42,852 nt of DNA from a bacterium. Lineage in GTDB: Bacteria > Bacillota_I > Bacilli_A > RF39 > UBA660. The position numbers and the translations under genes were made by a program. The stretch covers positions 1 through 42,852 of the forward strand of contig JAUNFS010000006.1 of NCBI GenBank assembly GCA_030524925.1, in the 5' to 3' direction. The stretch's first letter is position 1. Every line of letters begins with the position of its first letter. This document shows, one piece after another, positions 9,785 through 19,856 of this stretch. The notes beneath the pieces were generated by a model, which saw only the letters and a list, made by a program, of their open reading frames with translations, searched no databases and had not been told where the DNA came from.

Positions 9785-10552
9785 ATGGGAAGAAAATATT
9801 TTTTAGCGTATTATGCTGATAATGAGAATTATGTTGCAATAGATTTAAAGAAACTTCCTTATTTTAGTGGAAGGAATGCTGGTAATGCTTATGATATTAT
9901 TAGTTTTTATAATGAGTTTGATGATCAGCAAGATTTGTTTCTTTATTTAAGACAAAAGGGGTTAATTCCAAGAAATACGGAGGAAATATGTTTGTGTATG
10001 CAGCAAAAGAATCAAAATGGAAGTACGACTTTGAAAGCTTTGCCACATAGCGAAGAACCTTTAGTAAAATCTAGTTCTAAATTTTTTAGAAAAGATTATC
10101 TTATTGATTATTTAAGAAAAAATTTATTAGATAATAAATTTGTGGATGCTGTAAGAAGAGAGTTTGGTTTTTATCGTATTTATGAGTATGACGGAATTAG
10201 TTTAGAGTCTTGCTTAAATAATATTGTTTATTTTAATAATTTAAAAAAGGGGCATAATTTGGATAATGCTAGTGCAACAGAATTAGAACATAAAATTGAT
10301 ATGGTTGTAGTTGGTTTGACTAACGGGGTAAAAACATTTATTACTACGGCACTATTTTGTAATTATTATGCTGGGTTAGGAAAGCATGGACCAGTTAGTA
10401 AAGATGAAGTACGGGATGTAAGTTATGATAGTGAAGAGTTTTTGGAGTTAAATGATATAGTAAAGTATAATGTAGGTTTATCTGGTAAGGCGTTAGAAGA
10501 AGCTTTAGAAGATGAAGAACTTGCAAGTGAAAAGGTATCTAAGAAATTTTAG
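9785..10552 (+). CDS. Hypothetical protein
   Basis: 255 aa ORF with RBS; no recognised motif. Confidence 0.7.
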   Translation: MGRKYFLAYYADNENYVAIDLKKLPYFSGRNAGNAYDIISFYNEFDDQQDLFLYLRQKGLIPRNTEEICLCMQQKNQNGSTTLKALPHSEEPLVKSSSKFFRKDYLIDYLRKNLLDNKFVDAVRREFGFYRIYEYDGISLESCLNNIVYFNNLKKGHNLDNASATELEHKIDMVVVGLTNGVKTFITTALFCNYYAGLGKHGPVSKDEVRDVSYDSEEFLELNDIVKYNVGLSGKALEEALEDEELASEKVSKKF

Positions 10553-10611
10553 ATATTTTTTTATTGAACAATTTTTTCTTTATATTGTATAATTTAAGTG
10601 GTAGTGATGAT

Positions 10612-11502
10612 ATGAAAGATAATATTAATAAATTTTTAGATTATATTGCTTATGAGAGAAAATATTCGGATAAAACTGTTAGAAGTTATGAAAATGATTT
10701 ATATAAGTTAGAAAATTTTTTAAACAAAAAGAAACTTAATTATTTACATTTAGAATATGAAAATGTTAGTGAGTTTTTGATGTTTTTGCAAAAGAGTGGG
10801 TATAAGAGTGGGTCAATAAATAGAATGATTAGTGCATCAAGGTCTTTTTATAATTATTTGATGCTTTCTGATATAGTAAATGATAATCCTTTTATGTTAG
10901 TTTCTAATTTAAAAAGAGAAAAGATGCTTCCTACATATTTTACTTATAATGATTTTGAGAAGATGTTAGATAGTGTTACTTTGGATGATGAATTAAGTGT
11001 AAGAAATAGATTAATTTTAGAACTACTACTAGCGACAGGAACAAGAGTTAGCGAACTTGCAAATATTAAGATTAGTGATATAGATTTTAAAAATAATGAA
11101 ATTAAGATTTTTGGTAAGGGTAGTAAAGAACGAGTGGTATTTTTTGGAAATCACGCTAGAGAAAAGATGTATTATTATTTAAAAGATGCTAGGCCAAAGC
11201 TTTTAAATGGGAAGTTTAGTGAGTTTTTATTTATAAATGATAAGGGAGGAAGACTTACTGATAGAGGGGTAAGATTTATTATTGATAATATAATGAAGAA
11301 ATGTCAGTTAAAAGTAAAGGTTACTCCACATGTTTTTCGTCATACTTTTGCGACGATGCTTTTAAATGAGGGATGTGACGTTAGAAGTGTCCAGGAGCTA
11401 CTTGGACATGAAAATTTAGGTACTACAAGTATATACACTCATTTGACTAATGAAACTATTAGAAAGACATATTTAAATGCACATCCTCATGGAAAACGCT
11501 AG
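10612..11502 (+). CDS. xerC: XerC/XerD-family tyrosine recombinase (ATG 10612 preferred over 10564)
   Basis: TGTRVSEL, GKGSKER, TPHVFRHTFAT, VQELLGH, TTSIYTH catalytic set and an N-terminal SAM-like domain. Confidence 0.85.
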   Translation: MKDNINKFLDYIAYERKYSDKTVRSYENDLYKLENFLNKKKLNYLHLEYENVSEFLMFLQKSGYKSGSINRMISASRSFYNYLMLSDIVNDNPFMLVSNLKREKMLPTYFTYNDFEKMLDSVTLDDELSVRNRLILELLLATGTRVSELANIKISDIDFKNNEIKIFGKGSKERVVFFGNHAREKMYYYLKDARPKLLNGKFSEFLFINDKGGRLTDRGVRFIIDNIMKKCQLKVKVTPHVFRHTFATMLLNEGCDVRSVQELLGHENLGTTSIYTHLTNETIRKTYLNAHPHGKR

Positions 11503-11541
11503 ATTTTTTGATTGCTAATTGTTATAATTAAGTAGTAGGCT

Positions 11542-12225
11542 ATGGTGGTTAATATGGAAGAAAATAACGAGAAAATTTTAAAAAAAGTTTTTCTGATTGG
11601 AGTTATAGTAATACTTTTAATTATTTTGCTATATTTAATTGATAATACACTTTCTGTTAATAGATATAGTTATGAACTGCCAAAGACTACAAGTGCTGTA
11701 CAGGATAAAAGTATAAGAATTATAGATGATAATTTGAAAAAAGAGTATAATGCTAAGCTTAATGATAATTTGTTTTTAACAGCGTTATATAATGCACTAG
11801 GCAGTAATTTATCAGTTAGTGATGTTAATTTATTGCAGTCTGAAGCAAGTAAGTTTATTTTTGTTTATACTAAAGAAATGTATGATACTCCTACGGAGAC
11901 GATGGATTCAGCAGCAATAAACTTAGCTATTGGTAATATTTTTGGGGTATCAATTGATTATGAAAGTATTAAGGATTACAAAATAGATGATAATTATAAA
12001 TATGAAATTAATTTTGCTAATCCTAGATATTGTTTGAAGGCATCAAAGTTAAAGGAAGAAAATGATAAGTTGGATGTCTATTTAGATTTAATTGATTATA
12101 ACTCTTTGAGCTGTGGTAGTGATGAGCTTTCTTATAGTGATGATATAGTTGCTATGAAAGCGGTACTTTCAGTAGATAAGAGTAATAATATATATTTTAT
12201 AAATTCATTTATGAGAATCGACTAG
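11542..12225 (+). CDS. Hypothetical N-terminally anchored membrane protein
   Basis: Single N-terminal TM helix. Confidence 0.7.
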   Translation: MVVNMEENNEKILKKVFLIGVIVILLIILLYLIDNTLSVNRYSYELPKTTSAVQDKSIRIIDDNLKKEYNAKLNDNLFLTALYNALGSNLSVSDVNLLQSEASKFIFVYTKEMYDTPTETMDSAAINLAIGNIFGVSIDYESIKDYKIDDNYKYEINFANPRYCLKASKLKEENDKLDVYLDLIDYNSLSCGSDELSYSDDIVAMKAVLSVDKSNNIYFINSFMRID

Positions 12226-12241
12226 AAAGGAAGGAAATTTT

Positions 12242-14863
12242 ATGAAATATGTTTATTTGTTTTCTGAAGGAAACAAGGATATGAAGAATCTTTTAGGGGG
12301 TAAGGGTGCTAATTTAGCAGAGATGACTAAGTTAGGGTTACCGGTTCCACAAGGTTTTACTATAACAACTGAAGCTTGTACTAAGTATTATGACGATGGC
12401 CAAAAGATTAGTGATGATATTCAAAAAGAGATTTTTGAGAATATTGCTAAAATGGAAGAGATTACCGGTAAGAAGTTTGGTGATTTAGAAAATCCACTAT
12501 TAGTTTCTGTTAGAAGTGGTGCTAGGGCATCTATGCCAGGAATGATGGATACAATACTTAATCTTGGTTTAAATGAAGATGTAGTTGATGTTCTTGCTAA
12601 GAAGAGTAATAATCCAAGATGGGCTTGGGATTGTTATCGTAGATTTATTCAAATGTATTCTGATGTTGTAATGGAAGTTGGAAAGAAATATTTTGAAACT
12701 CTTATTGATAAAATGAAAGAGAAAAAGGGTATTACTTTAGATACTGAACTTACTGCTGATGATTTAAAAGAACTTACAGTAGAGTTTAAAAATGAATATA
12801 AAAATAAAGTAGGTAGTGATTTTCCTACTGATCCTAAAGAACAATTAATGGGAGCAATTAAGGCTGTATTTAGATCTTGGGATAATCCTAGAGCTAATGT
12901 TTATCGTAGAGATAATGATATTCCTTATTCTTGGGGAACAGCTGTAAATGTTCAAATGATGGCTTTTGGTAATATGGGAGAAACTTCTGGTACTGGGGTA
13001 GCATTTACTAGAGATCCAGCAACGGGTGAAAAACATTTAATGGGTGAATTTTTAATGAATGCTCAAGGAGAAGATGTTGTAGCTGGGGTTAGAACTCCGC
13101 AACCGATTGATCATTTAAAAGAGGTTATGCCTGAGGTTTATGAAGAGTTTACAAAGATTTGTAAGACTTTAGAAGAGCATTATCATGATATGCAAGATAT
13201 GGAATTTACTATTGAGGATAAACATTTATATATGCTTCAAACTCGTAATGGTAAAAGAACTGCTAAGGCTGCTTTAAAAATTGCCTGTGATTTAGTTGAT
13301 GAAGGAATGATTACTGATAAAGAAGCAGTAATGATGATTGATCCTCGTAATTTAGATACACTTTTACATCCTGCGTTTGATGCTAGTTTATTAAAGGATG
13401 CTAAGTTAGTTGGTAAAGGACTTGCGGCTTCACCTGGTGCTGCTGCTGGACAAATTGTATTTACTGCTGATGATGCTAAACGTGCAAAAGAGAGTGGTAA
13501 AAAGGTTGTTCTTGTTAGATTAGAAACTTCTCCTGAAGACATTGAAGGAATGAAAGCTAGTGAAGGAATACTAACTGTTCGTGGTGGTATGACTAGTCAT
13601 GCTGCTGTTGTAGCGCGCGGAATGGGAACTTGTTGTGTTTCTGGGTGTCAAGAAATTGTTATGGATGAAGAAAATAAAGTATTTACTTTAGGTGGAGTAA
13701 CTTTTAAAGAATTTGATGAGATTTCTATTGATGGAAGCACTGGTAATATTTATGCAGGATTAATACCTAAAGTTGATGCAACTATAACAGGTGAATTTGA
13801 AAGAATTATGGCTTGGGCTGATAAATATAGAAAGTTAAAGGTAAGAACTAACGCTGATACTCCTAGAGATGCTAAGAAAGCTAGAGAACTTGGTGCTGAG
13901 GGTATTGGATTATGTCGTACTGAGCATATGTTCTTTGATAAAGAAAGAATTGCGGCTATTAGAGAGATGATTTGTTCTGATACTGTTGATGAAAGAGAAA
14001 ACGCACTTGCTAAGTTAGAGCCAATGCAACAAAAAGATTTTGAAGCACTTTATGAAGCTATGGAAGATTATAGTGTTACGATTAGATATTTAGATCCTCC
14101 TCTTCATGAGTTTGTTCCTACTGAGGAAGCGGATATTGAACTTCTTGCTAAGACTCAAGGAAAGAGTGTTCAAGAGATTAAAGCAATTATTGCTTCATTA
14201 CATGAATTTAACCCAATGATGGGACACCGTGGATGCAGACTTGCAGTTACATTCCCTGAGATTGCTAAAATGCAAACTAGAGCAGTAATTAAAGCGGCTA
14301 TTGAGGTTTCTAGAAGAAAGAATATTAAGATAGAACCAGAGATTATGATTCCATTAGTTGGTGAAGCTAAAGAGCTTAAGTATGTTAAAGATATTGTTTG
14401 TAGTGTTGCTGATGAAATTCTTAAGAAAGAAAACTTTGAAATGAAGTATCATGTTGGTACCATGATTGAAATTCCTAGAGCGGCACTTACTGCTGATGAG
14501 ATTGCTAAGGAAGCTGACTTCTTCTCATTTGGTACAAACGATTTAACACAAATGACATTTGGCTTTTCAAGAGATGATGCTGGTAAGTTCTTATCTTCAT
14601 ACTATGATAAAAAAATTTATGAAAATGATCCTTTTGCAAAACTTGATCAAAAGGGTGTAGGCAAACTTGTTAAAATGGCAGTTAGTTTAGGAAGAGAAGC
14701 AAATCCTAATATTCATTTAGGTATTTGTGGTGAACATGGTGGAGATCCTTCTTCAGTTGAGTTCTGCCATAATGTAGGACTTGATTATGTTTCTTGCTCG
14801 CCGTATAGGGTTCCAATTGCAAGGCTCTCTGCTGCGCAAGCTGCAATTAAATCAGAAGAATAG
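12242..14863 (+). CDS. ppdK: Pyruvate, phosphate dikinase
   Basis: LLGGKGANLAEM, SVRSGARASMPGMMDT, GGMTSHAAVVAR, GICGEHGG. Confidence 0.98.
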   Translation: MKYVYLFSEGNKDMKNLLGGKGANLAEMTKLGLPVPQGFTITTEACTKYYDDGQKISDDIQKEIFENIAKMEEITGKKFGDLENPLLVSVRSGARASMPGMMDTILNLGLNEDVVDVLAKKSNNPRWAWDCYRRFIQMYSDVVMEVGKKYFETLIDKMKEKKGITLDTELTADDLKELTVEFKNEYKNKVGSDFPTDPKEQLMGAIKAVFRSWDNPRANVYRRDNDIPYSWGTAVNVQMMAFGNMGETSGTGVAFTRDPATGEKHLMGEFLMNAQGEDVVAGVRTPQPIDHLKEVMPEVYEEFTKICKTLEEHYHDMQDMEFTIEDKHLYMLQTRNGKRTAKAALKIACDLVDEGMITDKEAVMMIDPRNLDTLLHPAFDASLLKDAKLVGKGLAASPGAAAGQIVFTADDAKRAKESGKKVVLVRLETSPEDIEGMKASEGILTVRGGMTSHAAVVARGMGTCCVSGCQEIVMDEENKVFTLGGVTFKEFDEISIDGSTGNIYAGLIPKVDATITGEFERIMAWADKYRKLKVRTNADTPRDAKKARELGAEGIGLCRTEHMFFDKERIAAIREMICSDTVDERENALAKLEPMQQKDFEALYEAMEDYSVTIRYLDPPLHEFVPTEEADIELLAKTQGKSVQEIKAIIASLHEFNPMMGHRGCRLAVTFPEIAKMQTRAVIKAAIEVSRRKNIKIEPEIMIPLVGEAKELKYVKDIVCSVADEILKKENFEMKYHVGTMIEIPRAALTADEIAKEADFFSFGTNDLTQMTFGFSRDDAGKFLSSYYDKKIYENDPFAKLDQKGVGKLVKMAVSLGREANPNIHLGICGEHGGDPSSVEFCHNVGLDYVSCSPYRVPIARLSAAQAAIKSEE

Positions 14864-14879
14864 TTAAAATATATTATAT

Positions 14880-14908
14880 AAGGCTGACGCAAATGCGTTG
14901 GCTTTTTT
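14880..14908 (+). terminator. Intrinsic terminator after ppdK
   Basis: AAGGCTGACGCA-AA-TGCGTTGGCTTT plus a T run. Confidence 0.8.
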
Positions 14909-15088
14909 CTAACAATTTTGGTTATTGCAAATTATATTTTTAGCAAAATTTAAGGTCAAATTTGATAATACTTTGTATCGTATGGAAATATGCTTTTTTT
15001 TATAGTATAATTTTATTGTATACTTGGAGAGTTAAACAATTCGCGAAAAAAACATATTCTACTACGAATATAAAAAGGAGAAAGAAGT

Positions 15089-15763
15089 ATGAAAAAAATA
15101 GATAGTGAAATACCAAAAAAAGGGGAATTAAATAATTTAAAAGATGAAAAGATTGCCCAAAGAAAAGATGAACAAAAAAATTCAAGTATATTGTCAAAAA
15201 TTATTGCGATGTCTGCTATAATTTTAGTAGCAGGAGTAGTGATTCTATTAGTAAATGGTAGTAAAGATGGAAATATAAAAAGTAATGCCAAAATTTCTTT
15301 GGATAAAATTGTTGAAAAAAGTGATTTAGAGACTGCAAATATTACATATAATGTAATTGCAAAGAAATGCAAGAATGAAGAGGAATGTGATTTAAAATCA
15401 AATAATATAGCTGATTTTAAATATGTGGTATCATGTAAAGGAACAATTACTGCGGGAATTGATTTTAGTAAAATTAAGATAGAACAAATTGATAAAGAAA
15501 AAAAGTTAATTATTACTATGCCTGAAGCAACATTAAAAGGTGAACCTACAATTGGTTCAACAAAATTTCTAAATGGAACAGATATATCCGCAAATGAGTT
15601 ACCTGAAGCTAGAAAATTATGCCAAGAAACAGTTAAAGAAAAAAGTGAAAAAGATAATAAATTGTTGCCAGCTGCGAAAGAACAAGCGAGAGTTGTTTTA
15701 GAAGAATTTTATACTCAATGGATTAAAGCGTACGATTCTGATTATAAGGTAGAGGTTAGGTAA
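15089..15763 (+). CDS. DUF4230-like membrane-anchored protein
   Basis: N-terminal TM, GTITAGIDFSKI...ITMPEA, AKEQAR pattern. AAGGAG RBS. Confidence 0.7.
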   Translation: MKKIDSEIPKKGELNNLKDEKIAQRKDEQKNSSILSKIIAMSAIILVAGVVILLVNGSKDGNIKSNAKISLDKIVEKSDLETANITYNVIAKKCKNEEECDLKSNNIADFKYVVSCKGTITAGIDFSKIKIEQIDKEKKLIITMPEATLKGEPTIGSTKFLNGTDISANELPEARKLCQETVKEKSEKDNKLLPAAKEQARVVLEEFYTQWIKAYDSDYKVEVR

Positions 15764-15779
15764 GGTAGGTGGTAATAGC

Positions 15780-16376
15780 ATGAAAAAAATAGTGTTTAAT
15801 GTTGGAATAATTTTAGCAATATTTGTACTTACTGGTTGTAGTAAAAATGGAGATTACGAATCATTATCAGAAAATGTTAAAAGATTAGAACTAACAGGGA
15901 ATTTAGTTACATATGAAGCCTATTATCATAATGTGCTTGAGTTTGAAAAAGAAGCAGGTAAAGGAATAACGCACGTTTTTGAAAAAGATAGAAAATTATT
16001 TGCAGAATATACTGGAACAATAAAGTTAGGAATTGATTTAAATAAAGTAAAAATTGAAATTAATGGTAAAGAAATAAATGTAAAAATACCTGCAGCAAAA
16101 ATAATTGGACAACCTAATGTGGATAAAGATGATTTTAAAAAAGAAAAATTTATTGAGTCTGAAGAAGGTTTTATTAATAAAAATCGAATAAATGGCGATG
16201 ATATATCAAAAGCTTTTGATGATGCTCAAGCTGCAATGAAAAAATATGCTGAAGATGATGAAGAGTTGCTTGCGATTGCGCAAAAGAGAGCTAAAATTAT
16301 TATTGAAGAAAACATAAATCAATTTAGTGGTATGAAACCCTCTGATTATACTATTAATTGGGAATATGAATCATAA
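15780..16376 (+). CDS. DUF4230-like lipoprotein
   Basis: Lipobox LTGC, YTGTIKLGIDL...VKIPAAKI, AQKRAK. Confidence 0.75.
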   Translation: MKKIVFNVGIILAIFVLTGCSKNGDYESLSENVKRLELTGNLVTYEAYYHNVLEFEKEAGKGITHVFEKDRKLFAEYTGTIKLGIDLNKVKIEINGKEINVKIPAAKIIGQPNVDKDDFKKEKFIESEEGFINKNRINGDDISKAFDDAQAAMKKYAEDDEELLAIAQKRAKIIIEENINQFSGMKPSDYTINWEYES

Positions 16377-16482
16377 CGTTGAAGTTTTCTTTTGCTTTTT
16401 GATAGATTTTGATATATATGAAAAGATTATCAGAATAGTATAGTATAAATTATAATTGAATATACTAATAATGGTATACTAA

Positions 16483-16511
16483 TTGACATTTTTATAAAAA
16501 TATAGTATATT
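16483..16511 (+). promoter_or_regulatory. SigA promoter upstream of the repeat RNA
   Basis: TTGACA-17 bp-TATATT. Confidence 0.75.
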
Positions 16512-16534
16512 TATTTTGCACTGAAAAGTGTGAA

Positions 16535-16632
16535 AATGTTTTTCGCTTCTGGATGGTGCGAATAATAAATGATTCCAGGCGACAATGTTTTTCGCTTCCA
16601 GGTGGCGCGACTAATAAATGATCCTGGTTGAA
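16535..16632 (+). ncRNA. Two tandem 49-nt pseudoknot repeats; putative type III TA antitoxin RNA (CptI-like)
   Basis: Copies at 16535-16583 and 16584-16632. TCGC/GCGA stem interleaved with CTGGA/TCCAG (copy 1) or CCAGG/CCTGG (copy 2), with an A-rich TAATAAATG loop. Confidence 0.8.
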
Positions 16633-16642
16633 AATATAAAAT

Positions 16643-16680
16643 AACTTCATCAAACGGTGGAGTTTTCTTTTCTTTTATTT
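16643..16680 (+). terminator. Intrinsic terminator after the repeats
   Basis: AACTTCATC-AAAC-GGTGGAGTT followed by a long T-rich tract. Confidence 0.75.
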
Positions 16681-16707
16681 TATGCATAGATTATGCATTG
16701 AGATGAT

Positions 16708-16829
16708 ATGATACACATTGAAATTTATATTATATTAAAGATGAATATTTTGATGTCGTAGACGATGATAGTTTAAAAAAGAAAATGTTAGATGAAATAA
16801 AAGTAAGTTATTTAGTTCTTATTTGCTAA
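16708..16829 (+). pseudogene. Frameshifted, truncated type III toxin (CptN/ToxN-like) N-terminal fragment
   Basis: ATG at 16708 is out of frame with NLYYIKDEYFDVVDDDSLK, which resembles the YxIKDEYF N-terminus of type III toxins. Position is right after the repeat terminator. Stop at 16827-16829. Confidence 0.6.
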
Positions 16830-16849
16830 ACTTTAAAAAGAGCAGTTTA

Positions 16850-18015
16850 TTAATTGCTCTTTTTGAATATTTCAAATTTTTTAGTTTGAATAAGTGAATA
16901 GATATATTTATATGTGCCTGAAACTAATTGACCGATATATGTGCAAAAACCTGTTGGTAAAAATGAACATAATAATCTTAAAATTCTACAAGTTATATAT
17001 GATATGTTGTGTTTTTGATTGTTATCTTTTATTTGTAAATAATTCCATTTGATTATAGCCGGTACATTTAAAACCATGTCTATAATTTGGATTATAAATA
17101 TTATAATATAAATCTTTAAATCTGGTTTATAGAACCAATATAAACTGATATTCATCATTATAATAGATATCAAAAGAAGACCTAATAATTTGTATGCGTC
17201 TTTTAAAGATTTTTTGTAATTAAAATTATCTTTAGAAATATCAATTTTGGATACAGTACTAATGCTGGATAACATATCCCATTGGGTGTCAGATGTTAAA
17301 CTATCAAAATTTATAGCTGTTAAATATTTTGTTCCATAAGATACACTGTTTTGAATGCCAGTTAAATAAATAAGTAACATTCCAAAATTACCAATAATAT
17401 TGAAAGAAACATTTTTTATATTCTTCTTAAACATTAAATTTGGCTTAACAAGCTTAACATTTTTACAATAATAATAGGCGATTAGAATGGCGTCTATTAG
17501 GATAGTTAATATAACTGATAAACAGTTTTTAATTATTAATGATAGTATTACAATACAACTTAGATTTGTTATATTAAAACATGTATTCATTTTGTTTGAT
17601 AAAGTGTTTTTATTTTCATAATAAAGTTTTTGCGATATAAGTTGCATTAAGAATCCGAAAAACATAAGAAATACTGAGTATATAGCGTAATAGTGATAGA
17701 CGCTTGTTTCTAAATTAAAAAATAATAAATATTTATCAATGTTTATAGTTAATATAATAGTAATTAAAAGTACAAGGACAGTTCCAAAAAGCATATTGGA
17801 ATATACAATGTTTTTAATATTATTTTTACTATCAGTTATGTTTGGACCTACAGAAAATATCTCCGTAAAGATCATATAAAAAATTGTAAGGGGTAAGTTA
17901 TTATTAGGACGTTAGATATTTCTTTATTAATTATTAAACCTAAAGCTATCCATATTATAATGGGACATATAGATGTTAGGAAAATGTCTAAACTTATTTG
18001 TAAGAGTCTTTTCAT
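16850..18015 (-). pseudogene. Polytopic membrane protein (MATE/flippase-like) split by a 1-nt frameshift
   Basis: ORF from ATG 18015 (MKRLLQ...YPLQFF) and ORF 17875..16850 join in frame if the T6 run at 17878-17883 gains one base. Many TM segments. Confidence 0.65.
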
Positions 18016-18153
18016 ATAGGCGTATCCTTTCAAAAATATTATTACTAGTATGATTATAATAAAGAGATATGGCAAATGCAATGTATAAACATTACAAAAA
18101 TGAAATATTTAATATTTTAAGTTTGTGTTAAAATAGTGGCAGAGGGATGATTT

Positions 18154-18831
18154 ATGGATAAAATTTTAATAGCTGAAGATGATGAGAAGTTAAGAAATGA
18201 ATTAGAGATATTTTTAAATAATAATGGATATGAAACTATTGGTTTAAAAACGTTTGATGATACTTTAAATGATATATTAAAGATAAATCCTAGATTGCTA
18301 CTTTTAGATATCAATTTGCCGGGAGCTGATGGTGAATATATTTGTAAAGAGTTAAGAAAAAAGTCTAATATGCCAATTATTATAATTACTAGTAGAGATA
18401 ATGAAATAGATGAATTATTAAGTATAAATAATGGTGCTGATCATTATGTTACGAAACCATTTAATATTCATATTTTACTTGCTAAGATTAATTCACTTTT
18501 AAGAAGAAGTAATATGGTTAGTGATAAAGTAGTAATTGATGCTGGAGATTTTGTACTTAATGTAGATAAAAGTACTATAGAAAAAGATGGCAATGTGTTA
18601 GAACTTACTAAAAATGAATTTAGAATATTAAAGTTTTTAGTTCAAAATATGGATAAAATTGTTACTAGAGAAGAGATTATGATTTGTTTATGGGACAGTG
18701 ATAGTTTTATAGGTGATAGTACTCTTACGGTTAATATGACTAGGCTTAGAAATAAATTAGATGAAATGGGACTAGAAAATCTTATTGAAACTAAAAGAGG
18801 ACAAGGTTATATTTTAAAAAGGAGAAGGTAA
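18154..18831 (+). CDS. OmpR-family response regulator, BceR/GraR-like
   Basis: ILIAEDD, LLDINLP, GADHYVTKPF, LTVNMTRLR, TKRGQGY. Confidence 0.93.
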   Translation: MDKILIAEDDEKLRNELEIFLNNNGYETIGLKTFDDTLNDILKINPRLLLLDINLPGADGEYICKELRKKSNMPIIIITSRDNEIDELLSINNGADHYVTKPFNIHILLAKINSLLRRSNMVSDKVVIDAGDFVLNVDKSTIEKDGNVLELTKNEFRILKFLVQNMDKIVTREEIMICLWDSDSFIGDSTLTVNMTRLRNKLDEMGLENLIETKRGQGYILKRRR

Positions 18832-19853
18832 TGATGAGTTTTTGGATGCTTCTAAAAGAAAAACTTGTACAGATAGTTTTGTTAGTATTTGCAGTTGTTA
18901 CAATAGAGATTTTTTTAATGATATATTCATTTGATAGCTTTATTAAAATTTATATTCCAGTGATAATTTTTGGTTTATATATGGTTGGTTTTATTTATGA
19001 GTATCTGATAAAGAAAAGATACTATGATGAATTACAAAAAACAATTGATGGACTTGATGAGAAGTACTTAATTACTGAAATTATGAAAACGTCAAATTTT
19101 GTTGAGGGCAAAATTTTAAACGATATTTTAAGCCAAGTTGATAAATCTATGCATGAGCAGGTTAATAAATATAAATATTTACAAGAGGATTATAAAGAGT
19201 TTATAGAACTATGGATTCATGAAGTTAAATTGCCACTTGCTACTAGTAAAATGATTATTGAAAATAATAAGAATAAAGTTACTAAAAGTATTGAAGAAGA
19301 GTTAGATAGTATAGAAAATTATATAGAGCAGGCTTTGTTTTATGCGAGAAGTAGTGCGGTTGAAAAAGATTATAGTATAAGAAAATGTAATTTAAAGGAT
19401 ATTGTTAGTGAAAGTATTAAAAAAAATAAGACTAGTCTTATTGAGGAAAAAGGGGAAATTAATATTCACGATTTAGATAATGTAGTTAGTACTGATAGTA
19501 AATGGATTGTTTTTATTCTTAGCCAAATTATTCAAAATAGTGTTAAGTATAGAAATAAAAAATTGTTATTAAATATTGAAATTTATAGTGAGCCTAAAAA
19601 AGATAATACCGTACTTTATATAAGAGATAATGGGATTGGTATAAAAAAAGGAGAAATTTCTAGAGTATTTGATAAAGGGTTTACTGGGACTAATGGAAGG
19701 TTAGCAGGTAAAAAATCAACAGGAATAGGTCTATATTTATGTAAGAAGCTATGTGAGAAACTTGGGGTATCAATAAATGTGATGTCTACTGAAGGGGATG
19801 GGACACTTATAAGTTTGGTTTTTCCAAATAGTAGTTTTGTGAGACTAAAATAA
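18831..19853 (+). CDS. Intramembrane-sensing histidine kinase, BceS/GraS-like
   Basis: Two adjacent TMs, WIHEVKLP H-box, DNGIGI, FDKGFTG, STGIGLYL. Confidence 0.93.
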   Translation: MMSFWMLLKEKLVQIVLLVFAVVTIEIFLMIYSFDSFIKIYIPVIIFGLYMVGFIYEYLIKKRYYDELQKTIDGLDEKYLITEIMKTSNFVEGKILNDILSQVDKSMHEQVNKYKYLQEDYKEFIELWIHEVKLPLATSKMIIENNKNKVTKSIEEELDSIENYIEQALFYARSSAVEKDYSIRKCNLKDIVSESIKKNKTSLIEEKGEINIHDLDNVVSTDSKWIVFILSQIIQNSVKYRNKKLLLNIEIYSEPKKDNTVLYIRDNGIGIKKGEISRVFDKGFTGTNGRLAGKKSTGIGLYLCKKLCEKLGVSINVMSTEGDGTLISLVFPNSSFVRLK

Positions 19854-19856
19854 ATG

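Noticed and set aside
10612-11502. Tyrosine recombinase as an invertase/shufflon or integrase for the nearby surface gene
   Set aside because: It looks like a housekeeping XerC/D. I found no flanking inverted repeats, silent cassettes or att sites.
16535-16632. Mini-CRISPR array
   Set aside because: The repeats abut with no unique spacers and there are no cas genes. Covarying internal stems fit a structured RNA.
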